A stretch of DNA of 64,000 bases from an uncultured Pseudomonadota bacterium. Lineage in GTDB: Bacteria > Oederibacteriota > Muellerivitia > Muellerivitales > Muellerivitaceae. The DNA is taken from assembly GCA_963770835.1 (NCBI GenBank), contig CAVYRH010000005.1, forward strand, positions 1 through 64,000. The letters run 5' to 3'. How positions within the stretch are numbered: position 1 is the first letter of the stretch; every line of letters starts with the position of its first letter. The notes below the pieces were generated by a model, which saw nothing but the letters and a program-made list of their open reading frames with translations, had not been told where the DNA came from and searched no databases. The translations under genes were made by a program, and so were the position numbers. Positions 47,461 to 56,818 of the stretch are shown piece by piece.

Positions 47461-48650
47461 GAATCAAGCGCTACGAAGCTCCCACCATTCAAGAAGCCCT
47501 TATGAAAGTAAAAAAGGATTTAGGGCCAGAAGCCGTCATTTTGTACACCAAGACCTTCCGTAAGGGAGGGGTTTTGGGCCTTTTCGGCCGTCCGATGGCC
47601 GAAATCACCGCGGGGGTGGATTTGAACCTTCTCGACGACGTGGCTAAAAGGAAAGGCGTTCCCGTTCCGGTTTCCGACCGCACGGAGGGCCCCTTGCTAA
47701 AGACGACGGCTACCGCCGCTGTTGCCCCCCCTCCCCCAATGGGTTCCTTGGATCCCGCCCGGGCGAAGGTAAAAGCCCTTCAACGCGAACTCAATGAAAT
47801 GAAAACGTCCAGCCTAGCGACGGTTTTGAGGGACTTGAACCCGGCCGATACTTCCATTCTTTTATCCGAGGGTTTCAATAAGGTGAAGAAAAAAATGGTG
47901 CGCCAGGAAGTGGAGGACTTTTTGATCCAAAGGATCATCAAGGGGATGATCGCGGAAAAGATCGATCCGGAAAAAAACGAGGAGTTGTCGGCTTGGCTCC
48001 GGCAGTTCGTCGCAGGCACGGTTAAAATCGCACCCCCGTCAACAGCCGTCAATTTCCAGAAAGTGATCGCTTTTGTGGGCCCCACGGGTGTGGGGAAAAC
48101 AACCACTTTGGCGAAGTTGGCGGCCCGTTACAGCCTGATGGAACGGAAAAAGGTCGCCATGGTGACGGCGGATACTTATCGTATCGCGGCCACTGAACAA
48201 CTCAAGACCTACGGCAGGATCATGGGGATTCCTGTGGAAGTGGCGGATTCGGCGGAGGACATTTCAGGAATCCTGGCTAAGTATAAAAATATGGACTTGG
48301 TTTTGGTTGATACGGCTGGCCGCAGCCCTTCGAACGAGGAACAATTGGAAGAACTGAAACGGTTCATCGCCCGCAGCCAACCGGATGAGATACACTTGGT
48401 TTTATCCGCCACCACCAAATATTACGACATGATCCGAATCATTGAGCGTTTCGGGGCGGCGGTTCCCATCAATCGGATGATTTTCACCAAGTTGGACGAA
48501 ACCCGCTTTTACGGGGCTTTTTTAAACTTGATGAATAATTTTCAAATTCCGCTTTCATATTATTCGACGGGACAAAATGTTCCGGATGACCTGGAAGTTC
48601 CGGAGGCCCATTCTTTGGCCGATCGGATCACGAAGGCGCTGTTAAGCTAG
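47457..48650 (+). CDS. flhF: SRP-family GTPase FlhF
   Basis: GPTGVGKTTT; DTYRIAA; DTAGRS; TKLDET; GQNVPDD. Confidence 0.95.
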   Translation: MRIKRYEAPTIQEALMKVKKDLGPEAVILYTKTFRKGGVLGLFGRPMAEITAGVDLNLLDDVAKRKGVPVPVSDRTEGPLLKTTATAAVAPPPPMGSLDPARAKVKALQRELNEMKTSSLATVLRDLNPADTSILLSEGFNKVKKKMVRQEVEDFLIQRIIKGMIAEKIDPEKNEELSAWLRQFVAGTVKIAPPSTAVNFQKVIAFVGPTGVGKTTTLAKLAARYSLMERKKVAMVTADTYRIAATEQLKTYGRIMGIPVEVADSAEDISGILAKYKNMDLVLVDTAGRSPSNEEQLEELKRFIARSQPDEIHLVLSATTKYYDMIRIIERFGAAVPINRMIFTKLDETRFYGAFLNLMNNFQIPLSYYSTGQNVPDDLEVPEAHSLADRITKALLS

Positions 48651-48658
48651 GGGGACCC

Positions 48659-49558
48659 ATGCAGGATCAAGCCGAAAGACTGCGCCAGTTGGTGGGGCGG
48701 ATAAACACGCCGGAGATTTTGGAAAGCCGGCTGGCACATCCCTCCTCCTGTCGGGTCATCGCCGTCACCAGCGGCAAGGGCGGCGTTGGAAAGACGAACA
48801 TTTCAGTGAACTTGGCGCTCGCCATGGCTAATAAGGGGAAGAATGTCCTTCTGTTCGACGCGGACATGGGCCTGGCCAATGTGGATGTCATGTTGGGGAT
48901 GATGCCCCAATACACGCTTTTGCATGTTCTGAATGGGCAAAAAACCCTTGCTGAGATCATCACCGAAGCTCCGGGCGGGATTAGGATCGTGGCCTCGGGT
49001 TCCGGCGGGGTCCAGGAGCTGGCAGATTTAAACGAGTCCCAGCGGGGCAAGTTTTTAACCGCCCTTCAGGAACTTCAACACCAGGCTGAAGTGATACTTA
49101 TCGATACGGGAGCCGGGCTGCACCGGAACGTATTGGCCTTCGCGCTGGCCGCAGAGGAAGTGGTTATCGTCACGACCCCGGAACCGACGGCTCTAATGGA
49201 TGCTTACGGCATGATCAAGATCCTCCACCGGGAAAAGCGCGAGCCCCAAATCCAAGTGGTGGTTAATATGGCTGGAAGCCAATTGGAAGCCGACGAGGCT
49301 GGCCAGAAATTGACGGTACTCTCGAAGCGGTTTCTGGACTTGAAGGTGGAATATCTGGGTTTCATCTTGAGGGACCCCGGGATGGTGAGGGCGGTGAAGG
49401 AGCAAAAACCGGTGATGTTATCCTCGCCCATGGGCCCTTCCGCCTTAAGCCTGAACCGGCTAGCCGAAATCCTCTTGTCGGGAAAATCCAAGGCCGGGGA
49501 AGGAAACTTGCTCCAGTTTTTTAAAAAGGTCACACAAATTTTCGGTGGTAAAGACTGA
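48659..49558 (+). CDS. flhG: MinD-like ATPase FlhG/FleN
   Basis: DQAERLR; SGKGGVGKTN; DADMGLAN; TPEPTA..DAY. Confidence 0.94.
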   Translation: MQDQAERLRQLVGRINTPEILESRLAHPSSCRVIAVTSGKGGVGKTNISVNLALAMANKGKNVLLFDADMGLANVDVMLGMMPQYTLLHVLNGQKTLAEIITEAPGGIRIVASGSGGVQELADLNESQRGKFLTALQELQHQAEVILIDTGAGLHRNVLAFALAAEEVVIVTTPEPTALMDAYGMIKILHREKREPQIQVVVNMAGSQLEADEAGQKLTVLSKRFLDLKVEYLGFILRDPGMVRAVKEQKPVMLSSPMGPSALSLNRLAEILLSGKSKAGEGNLLQFFKKVTQIFGGKD

Positions 49559-49962
49559 TGGCGGAATCGAAAAAAAACCAAAAAAGGCGGTTTGTCCGAC
49601 TCGATGTGGTTTTGCCGGTGAAATACCGGAAATACACAGGTAATCCCGTTTTTCATGGATCATTCAATGTTGGCCGTACCAAAGACCTGTCCATCGGGGG
49701 CATCAAGATGAGTGTTAGCAAGCCGATTCCCGCTGGTACAAAGTTGGATATGGAGCTCGAATTGGAAGAGGATATCCGGCCTTACATTGTCGGTAAAACT
49801 TTGGGTGGCGAGGACAAAGTGGTCGATGGAATTTCCCGGAGAATCGAAAAAGTGAGTTTTGTGGAAGTAGACTCGGACGCCCAGGATATGATGATGAAAT
49901 TTATTTTTGATTACCAGCGCAAGGAAGTCCGGAAGGACAAAAAAACGAGCGGGAGAAAATGA
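49558..49962 (+). CDS. Single-domain PilZ c-di-GMP receptor
   Basis: RRFVR (RxxxR) and DLSIGG (DxSxxG). Confidence 0.85.
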   Translation: MAESKKNQKRRFVRLDVVLPVKYRKYTGNPVFHGSFNVGRTKDLSIGGIKMSVSKPIPAGTKLDMELELEEDIRPYIVGKTLGGEDKVVDGISRRIEKVSFVEVDSDAQDMMMKFIFDYQRKEVRKDKKTSGRK

Positions 49963-50393
49963 TGGCAAAGCGTGATAAAGACCGTTTGTACTATGAAATC
50001 ACGAGGGAGAAGCCGTTCGGCGTTTTCCAAACGATGATGGTAGGAGGTTCGGCGGGATCAGTCGTTGGGTTTTTGATTGCCTCCCTGGTGGGAGCCTGTG
50101 CGGGCATGGATATGGATGCCGTCGTCCTCGCTTTTTTGGTTTCGAGCTTTCTGGGGTTCTTTTTTGGGGCAATTTTCACCTGGCTTGTCGTCCGCTATTT
50201 CTCGAAATGGATTTCGGACGCCACCTTAACCGGAGCAAAAGCAGTTCCAATTCCGTCCGAGGAAACTCTGCCGCTGGGCACCGAGTTGGGAACGGAAACG
50301 ATTGACGATTCAAGCGTGGTAACAGAAGAGGATGAAACCAAGGGAAAGTCGGTGGATTTTGTTTTTCCTGAACTTTCTCCCGACAAACAATAG
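49959..50393 (+). CDS. Two-TM membrane protein with an acidic tail (FlgV-like position)
   Basis: Two Gly-rich TM segments then an acidic C-terminus; lies between flhG and fliA. Confidence 0.6.
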   Translation: MMAKRDKDRLYYEITREKPFGVFQTMMVGGSAGSVVGFLIASLVGACAGMDMDAVVLAFLVSSFLGFFFGAIFTWLVVRYFSKWISDATLTGAKAVPIPSEETLPLGTELGTETIDDSSVVTEEDETKGKSVDFVFPELSPDKQ

Positions 50394-50402
50394 TTGAGGA
50401 AG

Positions 50403-51242
50403 ATGCCCGACGGTAATTTAAACCCACTTTGGGCGCGGTTTTTGCGGCAGAAAAAGGATCTGCAGGCGCGTGATGACTTGGCGAAGACTTATTTTTTTTT
50501 GGTGGAGGCCGAGACCCGCAGGATGTTGGCCCGGTTACCTTTGAGGGCTTATTGGGAAAAAAGGGAAGATCTTGGATCGGCGGGAGTGATTGGCTTGTTA
50601 CAGGCCTTGGATCATTTCACGCCGCCCAAGGATAAACGCCACGATCCCGGTCGCGCTTTCGAGGCTTATGCCCGCTACCGGATTCGCGGTCAAATGGTGG
50701 ACGAATTAAGGAATTTGGATTTTGCCCGGCGCAATCTGCGTAAACAAGCCCGGGCGATCCAAGAAGCTGAAAGGAAATTGGAGGCCCGGTTTGGGAGATC
50801 TCCTCGGGAGGAGGAAACGGCCAAGGCCCTTGGTATACCGCTGAGTGAACTTTATGATTGGATCGCCGAAATTAACATGTTGAACCTTCTTTCGCTGGAC
50901 GCGGAGATCGCCGGGGGCGTTGAAGGAGGATCTTGGGCCGACCTTTTGGCGGACGCCAAGGCCGAGAATCCGCTTGATAAAGTTGAGAAACAAGAGAAAA
51001 TTGAACAGGTCGCGGAAGCCCTCAAGTTTTTAGGGGATGCGGAGCAAAAAGTACTTCATTTTTATTACGTCGAAACTCTGACTTTCAAGGAAATCGGAAG
51101 AATCCTGAAAGTCAGTGAATCGAGGGTTTGCCAGGTTCATCATATGGCGGTTTTTCGTCTGCAAGAGTTGTTGGACGAAAGGAGGAAGCATGGCGTTGCT
51201 CAAGGACGTGAACGGATACACGACCATCACCACCGAAAGTGA
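50403..51242 (+). CDS. fliA: Flagellar sigma factor sigma28 (FliA/WhiG)
   Basis: DL...G.IGLL.A; FEAYARYRIRGQMVDELR; LLSLD; LTFKEIG.IL.VSESRVCQ.H. Confidence 0.93.
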   Translation: MPDGNLNPLWARFLRQKKDLQARDDLAKTYFFLVEAETRRMLARLPLRAYWEKREDLGSAGVIGLLQALDHFTPPKDKRHDPGRAFEAYARYRIRGQMVDELRNLDFARRNLRKQARAIQEAERKLEARFGRSPREEETAKALGIPLSELYDWIAEINMLNLLSLDAEIAGGVEGGSWADLLADAKAENPLDKVEKQEKIEQVAEALKFLGDAEQKVLHFYYVETLTFKEIGRILKVSESRVCQVHHMAVFRLQELLDERRKHGVAQGRERIHDHHHRK

Positions 51243-52869
51243 TGGGGTTTATTTAACGGTTTTTCCTCCTTCCGGGAAGGGTACCCGAGTGACGGTGGAC
51301 GATGTAAAAAAAGAGTTACAAAAATATAGCATCAATGTTGATAATCCGGCCGTCCTAAACCAGGCGGTGACCCAAGCCACCGGCAAACCTCAAAAGATTA
51401 CAAGTTCAAAACCTGACAGCTCACAAGAACAGGTTTTTGTTGAAATTAGCGATGATGAGATGCAAGCCAAGATTACAGTGGTTCCTCCTCAAAGCGAAAA
51501 CGATCATTTCGCCACGATTGACGATGTTCGTAATGCCTTGAAACGCCGCAACGTCGTTTATGGTATCGATGAAACCCGGCTTGCTGAACTTTCCGCCAAA
51601 CTTTCCAATCTGGAAACCTCCAAAAATATCAATGAACCTATTGAGATGGAGACCGCCTTCGGAACTCCCGTCACCAACGGGGAAGACGCCCGAATTGAGT
51701 ATCTCTATAAAAAAACCGAGGAGGACACTCCGGCTCCGGTGGCCGAAGACGAAGAAGGCCGGGTCGATTACCGTGCGGCGCACAAAATCGACAATGTCAC
51801 AAAAGGCACCCTGCTCGCCCGGAAAATCCCTCCCACCAAGGGTATGTCGGGAATGACGGTGACAGGTAAAACTTTGGCCGCAGTCGATGGCAAGGATATC
51901 GATGTGAGTATGGGCAAGGGAGTAGCGGTTTCGCCGGACAACAAGGACGAATGGATCGCGGATGCCGACGGACAAGTTGTCATCAAAGAAAACAAGATCT
52001 CCGTACTGGCTCTTTATGAAATACCGGGGGACGTTAACCTTTCCACGGGCAATATTGATTTCATTGGAACTGTCATTATTCGGGGAGATGTCAAGGACGG
52101 TTTTAAGGTTTTCGCCGGGGAAGACTTGGTTGTCAACGGCGTGGTGGAAGGCGCAGAACTCAAGTGTGGCGGGAAATTATCCATTGCGGGCGGGGTGAGC
52201 GGGAACGACAAGGCCAAAATTTTTTGTGCGGGTGACGCCAATATTAAATACATCCGCAATGCCATTGTGGATGTGGGCGGTAGCCTGACTTCCGGCCAAG
52301 CCATCATGCACTGTAAAGTGACCGTTGGCAAAAAAGTGTCAGTGGCTGGCCAAAAGGGCGTCATCGTGGGAGGGCAGGTCATTGCCGGCGAACAAGTTCA
52401 CGCGGCTTCCATGGGCTCTAATTTTGCGACCCCCACTGAAATCATCGTGGGCGAGGCGATCGGCTTAAGGGATGAGCTCCAAAGAATGGAGAACGAATTA
52501 AAGGCGGCTTTAGAAAACCTAGATAAGACCAAAAAAGGAATCCAATTTTTAAAAGATCTCCAGGTAAAGATGGGCGGCAATCTTCCGCCCGACAAAAAAG
52601 AACTTTTGACTAAACTTACCCGGGCCCAATTCAAGCTGATGGCTGATACTAAGACACTGGCGGAAAAGAAACAGGACATCGAGAAGAAAGAACAAGAGAG
52701 CTCAGAGGAGCGCCGGCGTCACGCCAAGGTGACCTGCATGGGCATTATCCACACCGGGGTTAAGATCACGATAAATAAGGCTTCCCGTCAAATTTCAGAG
52801 GAACTGAAATACTGTACCCTTACTGAATCAGACGGTGAAATCAAAGTTGGTCCATTCCGGGGGAATTAA
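51190..52869 (+). CDS. fapA: FapA (DUF342) flagellar assembly protein
   Basis: GRVDYR...V.KG.LLARKIPPT.G..G.TVTG; GDVNLSTGNIDF.G; IVGG; coiled coil; AGGAGG RBS before ATG 51190. Confidence 0.88.
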   Translation: MALLKDVNGYTTITTESDGVYLTVFPPSGKGTRVTVDDVKKELQKYSINVDNPAVLNQAVTQATGKPQKITSSKPDSSQEQVFVEISDDEMQAKITVVPPQSENDHFATIDDVRNALKRRNVVYGIDETRLAELSAKLSNLETSKNINEPIEMETAFGTPVTNGEDARIEYLYKKTEEDTPAPVAEDEEGRVDYRAAHKIDNVTKGTLLARKIPPTKGMSGMTVTGKTLAAVDGKDIDVSMGKGVAVSPDNKDEWIADADGQVVIKENKISVLALYEIPGDVNLSTGNIDFIGTVIIRGDVKDGFKVFAGEDLVVNGVVEGAELKCGGKLSIAGGVSGNDKAKIFCAGDANIKYIRNAIVDVGGSLTSGQAIMHCKVTVGKKVSVAGQKGVIVGGQVIAGEQVHAASMGSNFATPTEIIVGEAIGLRDELQRMENELKAALENLDKTKKGIQFLKDLQVKMGGNLPPDKKELLTKLTRAQFKLMADTKTLAEKKQDIEKKEQESSEERRRHAKVTCMGIIHTGVKITINKASRQISEELKYCTLTESDGEIKVGPFRGN

Positions 52870-52959
52870 AAAGTTGCCGGAAGATTTGTTTTGTGAAGTG
52901 GAATTCGGGGACAAGCCCACTTTCCACCCCAATAAGCTCATATTGATTTGAGGGCCTGA

Positions 52960-53601
52960 ATGGATATTTTTTTGATTTTACAAATAATGTTTGACTCAGT
53001 TTTGCTTTTTGGGATTCTTTTTTTATTCCATTTTTCTGTAAATCAAACCCAAAAGAAAAAGGAAGAATGGGATATTCTAAAAAATGCACAGGTCCAGGAA
53101 ATTAAGGAAAACTTGCAGGAACTTTTGCTGACTTTGAAGCAGCTCGGAAAAGAAGTTTCGGATAATATCCAGGAACAGGTTCAGGAAGCTGAACAAAAAA
53201 CCGAAGTTTTTAAAAAAGTGATCGTGAAAATTCAACGGGATCTTCAAAAGACGGTAAAGCTTGCAGAAGAAGTGAGCACCGAGAGGGTTCATTTGGAGGA
53301 AAAGCTCAGGGCCATCGAAACCGCAAAAAAAAACTTAGCTCCCAAGTCCCCCGCCATCCCTGAACCCCTCCTGGGTTATGGTAAAGATGAGAAAGTGGAA
53401 ATACCACGAGCTTCGAAAAGAATTGGTTTTGGGAAGGCCGAGGGCGCTCTTGGTTTTTCTTCTGGAGTGGTTCGAGAAGTCTACCGGTTATCGGATAAGA
53501 AAATAGAAATAGGAGAGATCGTTCAACGCACCCAATTGAGTAGGGCGGAAGTCCAGTTGATACTGAATTTACGGGGGAATGGTTTTACAACTCCCAATTG
53601 A
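52960..53601 (+). CDS. Membrane-anchored coiled-coil protein with a C-terminal HTH-like motif (DUF2802/SwrB-like)
   Basis: N-terminal TM, long coiled coil, V..L......EI.....LSRAEVQLILNL. Confidence 0.6.
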   Translation: MDIFLILQIMFDSVLLFGILFLFHFSVNQTQKKKEEWDILKNAQVQEIKENLQELLLTLKQLGKEVSDNIQEQVQEAEQKTEVFKKVIVKIQRDLQKTVKLAEEVSTERVHLEEKLRAIETAKKNLAPKSPAIPEPLLGYGKDEKVEIPRASKRIGFGKAEGALGFSSGVVREVYRLSDKKIEIGEIVQRTQLSRAEVQLILNLRGNGFTTPN

Positions 53602-54317
53602 GGACGAACGTCCCCGGGATAGTGATCCAACCGAGGGGTAGGCCCACTCCTCCAAAAAAAAAGGAAAGTGGGATGGAAAAAGTTTTCTCGGTGCATATGA
53701 GTGGTCCTTCGCCGGTTGCGGGGTTGAACGCTGGATTATCTCAGACGGGTTTTAGACTGGGAAGAATCGAAAAGTTACTTGATTCGGGGCGGTTTATGGC
53801 GCTGTTAGAAAACGGGAAACGAGTTACTGTCGAGGGTTCTCCGATCTTGAAAATTGGCAACCGAGTGCGGGTTTTTCCGTCCTCGGATGGTTTGCAGAGG
53901 GCTAAAACTGGGGAAAGGGAACTATCAAACTCCCCTTTGAAGGAAAATGGAACTCTGTGGTCTGCTTTCCTGCCACTGGGTTTTGGGGGGCGGGGAGCAT
54001 CTGTTAGGCTTCAGGCTTTTATTGAAGTCAAAACGCAAAACGGGTTCGTGAAAAGTTCTCGTGCTGTTTATTTCGTCATTTGGACGCAAACTGAAAAGTT
54101 GGGCGAAATTCAATGGAGCATTTATTTAAAGGGGAAGCTGGTTTACCTCCAGGTTTTTTCTGATGAGGGGAGCCGTGAAAAGGAAGATTTGAGAACCCTG
54201 GTGGTGGGGGTGGAACGGGGTCTGAAGCGCCTTGGTTTTGTACTAGCGGCTCCCACGGTTTATTTGGGCCGTCCTTTCAGAGTCCCTGAAGGTTTTCATC
54301 TGAACTTAAAGGGTTGA
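53598..54317 (+). CDS. FliK-C-terminal-like (YlqG-type) protein
   Basis: C-terminal FVIWTQTEKLGEIQWSIYL....VYLQVF...L.RLGF resembles the hook-length-control switch domain; immediately precedes a flhB-like gene. Confidence 0.5.
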   Translation: MRTNVPGIVIQPRGRPTPPKKKESGMEKVFSVHMSGPSPVAGLNAGLSQTGFRLGRIEKLLDSGRFMALLENGKRVTVEGSPILKIGNRVRVFPSSDGLQRAKTGERELSNSPLKENGTLWSAFLPLGFGGRGASVRLQAFIEVKTQNGFVKSSRAVYFVIWTQTEKLGEIQWSIYLKGKLVYLQVFSDEGSREKEDLRTLVVGVERGLKRLGFVLAAPTVYLGRPFRVPEGFHLNLKG

Positions 54318-54339
54318 TACCTTGAGCCCGGAATCGAGA

Positions 54340-54627
54340 ATGCCCCGAAGAAGGAGCGGTCGAAAGGCCGCTGTGGCGATCCAATATGACCGTGAAGCTA
54401 TGTCGGCCCCGAAGCTGGTGGCAAAAGGACGTGGAATTGTGGCAGAGCGCCTGATCGCGCTGGCCCGGGAAAACCACATCCCTGTGGTGGAGGACAAGTT
54501 GCTGGTGGAAGCCCTGGATCAATTGAATTTGAACCAGGAAATACCCGGAGAGCTTTATCAGGTTGTGGCGGAAATCTTAGTGGCGGTTTACAAAGCGGAG
54601 TCTGGATCGAAACGAAAAGGTTCTTGA
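54340..54627 (+). CDS. FlhB C-terminal-like protein (FlhX/YlqH)
   Basis: AVAIQYD....APKLVAKGRG.VAE.LI.LA.E..IPVVED; IP.ELY..VAEIL. Confidence 0.92.
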   Translation: MPRRRSGRKAAVAIQYDREAMSAPKLVAKGRGIVAERLIALARENHIPVVEDKLLVEALDQLNLNQEIPGELYQVVAEILVAVYKAESGSKRKGS

Positions 54628-54631
54628 TTTT

Positions 54632-56818
54632 ATGAAGCGCCGGTTTTTCCGGCGCGGGAGAGGCCGTCCATTGCGACATATTCAATCATGCCTTAACGCT
54701 TTATTTGGCGCTTCCCGGGTGGCGTTTTATCAGACTTGGCTGAGGTTAGCTTTCCTTTTAGCGGTACCCGTAGTGGCCGGCGCCCAAAGCGGCCCTACGA
54801 CCCAATTGATTTTTGGGCAACCGAATTCCTTTGGAATTGGCCCAAGGGCCATGGGCATGGGTGGCGCCTTCACCGCTGTGGCGGATGACGCCTCAGCCGC
54901 TTATTGGAATGCCGCGGGTTTGGCCCAACTTTCTTCCTACGAAATTTCGCTCTCCAGCGCGCCCGTTTATTTCGATAATATTTCACCCCAACCGCCGACC
55001 GTTTCTAATCCCCCCTCCTGGCAGGGCTTTGATTTTCCCTGGTATGAATCCTTACAATTCATGTTTCCCATAGCCAAAGAGAATACGCTGGGGATATCCC
55101 TTTTCCGGCCCTTTCACCCCCAAATGGATTATTTTCCAGGACAGCCTAATTTGAGTACTGCGGATCGGGAGGAAGCTAGTTATATCCTCAATCCTACTTT
55201 TCAGGAGAGCATTATCCAGCTATCCTATGCCGCCCGGTTATCGGCGGTGAGAAATTTCTCCGTGGGTATCAGCGTTAAACGGATCACGAATGATCCCTAT
55301 TATCTCCTACCTGGCCCGCCAGGTTTGGTGGGCCAGGTACCAAGCGCCCCCCGAGTCATCGGTTATGGACTCGACCTGGGCCTTTTGTACCGAATTCCTA
55401 TTACGAAGTATTCCGAAGAATTGCGCGTCGGATTGGCCATCAACAACTTGGTGGCGAATGTCACCTATCCCAACGGTATCAATGTGGTGGACGTGCCCAG
55501 TGGTAATACTTCTGCTGTTAGCATTGGCGGCGGCACAAACATACAAATACCTCCCCAAATCACCCTCGGCTTGGCTTATAAAAATGACTTCCTTTTTAAG
55601 ATTCGCAACATTACGGCGTTTGATTTCGATCAAATATCGGATCCGGATTTTACAAACGCTTATAACAAATACATTCGCTTCGGAACCGAGTTTTGGTTTT
55701 TGAAGGATGTCCTTGGCGTGCGGGCGGGTTATTCCACGCCTTTAAGTAGTCCGGGGGATATTAGCATTGGAGGAAGCATTCGAGCTTTAGGCGGGGATTT
55801 CCAAATCGATGCCGCTTATCTTTTCCCGGTGGCTCCCCAAGCTTCCGTTTCCCAAGGGTCGGCTATTGGCACCTATTCCACCGGCGGGTATGATTTCGAA
55901 CCCTTTAACATCGGTATCGCCTACCGCTTTGGCGGCGGCGAAGAGATCCCGCCTCCTAAAGTTGGTGCTTTTGTCAGGCCATCTTCCTTTACGCCCTCGC
56001 AAGGTGAAAAAGCCACATTTTACTTAGACACGACCGAGGATGTTTCGGTTAACCGTTGGAGCGTTTTAATTTACGACTCTTCCAACCATTTGGTTCGTGG
56101 TTTAAGGGGAAGTGGCTCTCCGCCCACAAAATTGGTTTGGCAGGGAGAAAACGACCAGTACGAACCACTTCCTCCGGGGGTTTACACATGGTCATTCCAG
56201 GTCCTGGATAATTTGGATCATATCGGTTCCACGCCTGTTCAAACGGTTGAGGTTCTTGGCCCGCCGGAAGCGGGGGTCAAGGATCCCAGCAAGCTATTGG
56301 CACTGCGACAGCAACAAGCAGGACTTTTGGCCCAAGAACGGCAACAATTAAGCACTTTGGCCCAACTAAATCTCCAAAAATTGTTGGGAACTGAAGAGGC
56401 AACTCCTACCGTTACTACCCCTCCGGTGGAAGCCAATGGAAATACATTGGTTCCGGAGGCGGGAGGGGTACCCGCCATTGGGTTTACCAATTTGACCCCA
56501 GACCAGGTTTTAACAGCCCATTTTGATAAGAATTCTGCGGGAGAGACGACCGTGGCGATAAGTTACCGTTCCCAACTCACTTATGGGCCTTACCTTTACC
56601 AAGAGGCTGCTGATGTGATTAAAGCCAGCGTGAAAACCGTAGGAACCGGTTTAAAAGCCATAACGACTCGTGTATATTATGGGAAAAATGAATTGACCCT
56701 GGTAACACCCACGGAAGTCGCGGCTAATTATGCTACAGGCCGGATCGGCTCGTCACAGTTAATGCAATTATCCGACGTTCATATTAATGGCGTAAAGGTG
56801 GGACCGAATGTTCAATAA
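54632..56818 (+). CDS. PorV/FadL-like outer-membrane beta-barrel fused to a FlgD-Ig-like domain, a coiled coil and an unknown C-terminal domain
   Basis: Signal-like segment ending AGA; GIGPRAMGMGGAFTAVADDASAAYWNAAGLAQ; amphipathic strands (GLDLGLLY, FGTEFWF, VRAGY, IDAAY, IGIAYRF); IYDSS..LVR...W.G.....LPPGVY. Confidence 0.75.
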   Translation: MKRRFFRRGRGRPLRHIQSCLNALFGASRVAFYQTWLRLAFLLAVPVVAGAQSGPTTQLIFGQPNSFGIGPRAMGMGGAFTAVADDASAAYWNAAGLAQLSSYEISLSSAPVYFDNISPQPPTVSNPPSWQGFDFPWYESLQFMFPIAKENTLGISLFRPFHPQMDYFPGQPNLSTADREEASYILNPTFQESIIQLSYAARLSAVRNFSVGISVKRITNDPYYLLPGPPGLVGQVPSAPRVIGYGLDLGLLYRIPITKYSEELRVGLAINNLVANVTYPNGINVVDVPSGNTSAVSIGGGTNIQIPPQITLGLAYKNDFLFKIRNITAFDFDQISDPDFTNAYNKYIRFGTEFWFLKDVLGVRAGYSTPLSSPGDISIGGSIRALGGDFQIDAAYLFPVAPQASVSQGSAIGTYSTGGYDFEPFNIGIAYRFGGGEEIPPPKVGAFVRPSSFTPSQGEKATFYLDTTEDVSVNRWSVLIYDSSNHLVRGLRGSGSPPTKLVWQGENDQYEPLPPGVYTWSFQVLDNLDHIGSTPVQTVEVLGPPEAGVKDPSKLLALRQQQAGLLAQERQQLSTLAQLNLQKLLGTEEATPTVTTPPVEANGNTLVPEAGGVPAIGFTNLTPDQVLTAHFDKNSAGETTVAISYRSQLTYGPYLYQEAADVIKASVKTVGTGLKAITTRVYYGKNELTLVTPTEVAANYATGRIGSSQLMQLSDVHINGVKVGPNVQ

